The position numbers and the translations under genes are program-made. A stretch of DNA of 64,000 bases from Isurus oxyrinchus. Lineage: Eukaryota. Below the pieces are notes generated by a model. That model did not search any database, was not told the DNA's origin, and was given only the letters and a program-made list of their open reading frames with translations. Of the stretch, positions 60,988 to 64,000 are shown piece by piece; position 1 is the first letter of the stretch, and each line of letters starts with the position of its first letter. Location: contig JANJGN010000926.1 in the NCBI GenBank assembly GCA_026770705.1, positions 1 through 64,000 of the forward strand, given 5' to 3'.

Positions 60988-61139
60988 GACATCTGAATAT
61001 CACAATGAACAGAACAAGTTCCAACAATGAGCTGTGGTTGGTGATTCCTCACATTACATCCAGGGACACTGGAGACTATCAGTGTGCTCAGAGAATGAAC
61101 ATGGAGCAGTGGAGGGGTTCATAACCATCACTGTGGAAC
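60988..61139 (+). pseudogene. Gene E C2-b 3' remnant with 1-bp deletion; 5' half missing
   Basis: MNRTSSNNELWLVIPHITSRDTGDYQC then TGTGCTCAGAG versus TGTGTGGCAGAG; no acceptor. Confidence 0.85.
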
Positions 61140-62253
61140 GTTAGTTAAGGCAAACTTCAACATCTCTCTCAGATTGAAACACTACAAAAACACACATAAA
61201 TATCCAGCCTTAAATAGACACCTGCAGACAAACAATCCCACATCTATGAGCACACACAAAGGCACACTCACAAACAAACACACTAGCACATACTCCCCTG
61301 TGGATTACCTGACCTCCCTCAGTGCTGCACCGGAGAGTTGACCTGGATTCTGGGATTTGTGTTCCCTTTCATATTTATGGAAGAATATGGAAATTGCAAA
61401 GTCTATTACAGACACTCAGATGCACAGAGATACTCACAGATACTCTCTGCCTCTCCAACTCTCTATCCTACTTTAAGAACCTTCCTGAAATCTAACTCTT
61501 TGACCAGTCACCTGTCCCAATTCCTCCTTACGTGATTTTGTGTGAAATTTTGTTTGAGTATCTGAGAGTAAGAGGGAAGTGGAGAGGTTTAGGAAGGGAA
61601 TTCCTGTTGCTGAAAAGCTTACATCAAGTTCTCAGCTTTCCAGTGCCCATTTTTCACATGATGTCCATGTTCATAATGGGGATTGCCTATGTAAACGTCA
61701 CGCTGTAGTTACACTCTCCCACCAGTGGTAGCACGGTAACACTTAACCCTTGCATCTCCAAGCTTTTCAAGCAATTTCACTTCCTAATTTCCTACTATTC
61801 ACCTCAACCATTCCCTGTGGGAGCGAGTTCCATATTCTCCCCTCTCTCTGGGTAAAGATTGGAACTGTTTATTAAGCGGGGGGTGTAAGTCCGTGGGGGA
61901 GTCCATCTCGATCCTGCCCGATTCGCACACACGTCCGAGATGGATTTTCACCCGGCACTAAACGTTTCCAGAATTTTCTACAGCACAATCCTGTACACAG
62001 CAATAGAGAGAAACATTGGACAGGGAGTCCAACAGCACAATGATCCATTCTCACCAATGTTCCACGCTAAGGAGAAAGTTCCGATTGTCCACTCTTAGAG
62101 TGTTTACAATGAAAACATTCATTCCACATTGAATCCCAGTGGATGGGTCAATATTACAGCAAATGTTGCAGTGATATGAAGTTTGATTGTTCAGCCAGAG
62201 TGAGAGATTGAAAGCGGAGAGTCAGTGATGATTTCTTTCTGTGTGTTCTCTAG

Positions 62254-62393
62254 ACAGTGGAGGAGAGATTCTGCACGTGATCCTGATCCTGGGAATACGA
62301 GCTGTGATATTCCTTGTGGCTGTGGTTATCACTATCACTGGAGTCTGTGTCTGGGAGAGACAAACAGTGAAAGGAAGTCGACAGACTGTTTGA
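62254..62393 (+). CDS. Gene E activating-type transmembrane/short-tail exon with intramembrane Arg
   Basis: Pyrimidine tract plus TAG at 62251-62253; phase-1 reading DSGGEILHVILILGIRAVIFLVAVVITITGVCVWERQTVKGSRQTV*; not shown in the ORF track in this frame. Confidence 0.8.
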
Positions 62394-62776
62394 AGCTTTG
62401 TACAGCAACAATCTGGTCAGTCAGTGCGGACAAATAACGTGTGATGTTGTGTTAAGTTGTAATGAAACTGGTCAGTGTCCTGGTTATAATCATCTCCGTA
62501 TCATCGAGTCATTCCAGCAATGGAGGAGGACATTTGGCCCATTGAGTCTATGCTGTCTCTCTGTAAAGCAATCCACTCAGTCCCATCCCCTGCTCTATCC
62601 CCGTATCCCTGCAAATTTATTTCCAATTTCCGTCCAATTTCCTTTTGAAATTGTTCATCGAATAGGAATGAACAGAAATGTGACGTTGCTAAACTCTGTT
62701 CTCTGATTGGAATGTGCTTTCTGAATGCTGCACCTTTTTCACGCTGCGATAGATTGTAAGAAGCATTTGGCTTATG

Positions 62777-62782
62777 AATAAA
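62777..62782 (+). terminator. Candidate polyadenylation signal AATAAA for gene E
   Basis: About 385 nt after the stop, within a block homologous to sequence downstream of the inhibitory tail exons. Confidence 0.4.
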
Positions 62783-63125
62783 ATTACATTGATTAACTCA
62801 AGTGATTAAAATGCTCAGCCTGTTCTGTAGATATTTAAAGATTAAAATTCTTGTTTTGCTGCAAAATACTTGGCTCAAAGACATAGCTTCCTGTTGTCAC
62901 GTTTTCCAATCAGATGAATTCCTCTGTCCATCTTTATAATAGAAATTTCCAATGTAAACATGTCACATTGTAACTGCACACACTTGCCAGTGGCTGGTGT
63001 GATACCAAAGCTGTCTTGCTGCAGAGAAACAGCGAGAAATATTCCTGTTGTGTGCATGAACTTCATGTTAGCATGAGACACAGGCATCAGATGAAATTTT
63101 GTGCAATTTGTACAATGTTCTTTAG

Positions 63126-63445
63126 ACAGTGCAGCACTCCCTCAGATCAGACCCTCCGACAATGCAGCACTCCCTCAGTTCAAACCCTCTGACAGTGCAG
63201 CACTCCCTCAGTTCAGAACCTCCGACAGTGCAGCACTCCCTCAGTTCAGACCCTCTGACAGTGCAGCACTCTCTCAGTTCAGACCCTGTGACAGTGCAGC
63301 ACTCCCTCAGTTCAGACCCTCCGACAGTGCAGCACTTTCTCAGTTCAGACCCTGTGACAGTGCAGCACTCCCTCAGTTCAGACCCTCCGACAGTGCAGCA
63401 CTCCCTCAGTTCAGACCCTCCGACAGTGCAGCTCTCCCTCAGTTC
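63126..63445 (-). repeat. 33-bp minisatellite variant (GACAGTGCAGCACTCCCTCAGTTCAGACCCTCC), about 9-10 units
   Basis: Direct inspection. Confidence 0.92.
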
Positions 63446-64000
63446 TTCTCCGCCGATGCTGCCAGACCTGCTGAGTTTTTCCAGGTATTTCTGTTTCTGT
63501 TTCTGTTTTGAATTTCCAGCATCTGCAGTTTTTTTGCTTTTAGTGCTGGGCAGTTCCTCAGCAAGGATTCGGGCCACAAAACATTGCGAGTGCTGTGGGT
63601 CTGCGCCACGATTTAGAGAGCTGTGCTTGGCACGCCTATTCTAGTCCCAGTCCAGTGTGGTGGGGAGAGTCTGGCAGTCCTGGGTTGGTGGTGCCCAGCA
63701 TGGTGTGCAGGACGTGGTCAGTCGCTCACACACGTCCATCCTGGGGGTGGGTGGCTTGATACTAGGCCGCAGGTGGCACAATCCCAGTCAGGGGAGGCAT
63801 CTGCAGCCTGTCAGTGGGGAGCAGGTAATATAGAGAGTAGGGGTGGGGGTGGGAATCGAGGGGGGCCGGTGGTCTCTGTAAGTCACAGTACAATGGGCCT
63901 CTAGTTGGAGAGAGGTCAGGTCTACATGGGGCATTGGGATGTCAACATCAGACAGTCTAGGGAGGAGGACTGGGATGTCAACCCCGAACACAATAAGATC

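Overview
Eukaryotic, intron-rich vertebrate DNA. The repeat families (33-bp GAGGGAGTGCTGCACTGTC minisatellite, CR1/L2 LINEs, tRNA-derived SINE) suggest a shark or other cartilaginous fish; that is inference. The whole window is a tandem cluster of CD33-related-Siglec-like Ig-superfamily receptor genes, all on the + strand. The recurring exon kit is: promoter/non-coding exon 1, leader (MIGKSYFLLSLLQ), V-set (Siglec B-E disulfide Cys pattern, YFFR essential Arg), C2-a, repeated C2-b, TM, cytoplasmic exon 1, and cytoplasmic exon 2 (ITIM-like LLYANI/LLYANP plus ITSM TEYxQI). Units: A (to 10.9 kb) is inhibitory-type with a stop in V and about 6 tandem C2-b copies. B (14.7-18.9 kb) is a promoter followed directly by the tail exons. 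An orphan C2/TM remnant lies at 27.4-29.0 kb, and two promoter+leader stubs at 29.8 and 43.5 kb. C (31.9-39.4 kb) is a pseudogene. E (45.2-62.4 kb) can be spliced into an open 526-aa receptor with three V-set exons (the first lacks the essential Arg) and a different TM exon carrying an intramembrane Arg and a short tyrosine-free tail. The main discovery candidate is therefore a paired activating/inhibitory Siglec-like receptor system under rapid birth-and-death evolution. Gene models are manual splice predictions without transcript evidence, and several N-gaps limit certainty. The long ORFs in the track are minisatellite or microsatellite artefacts.
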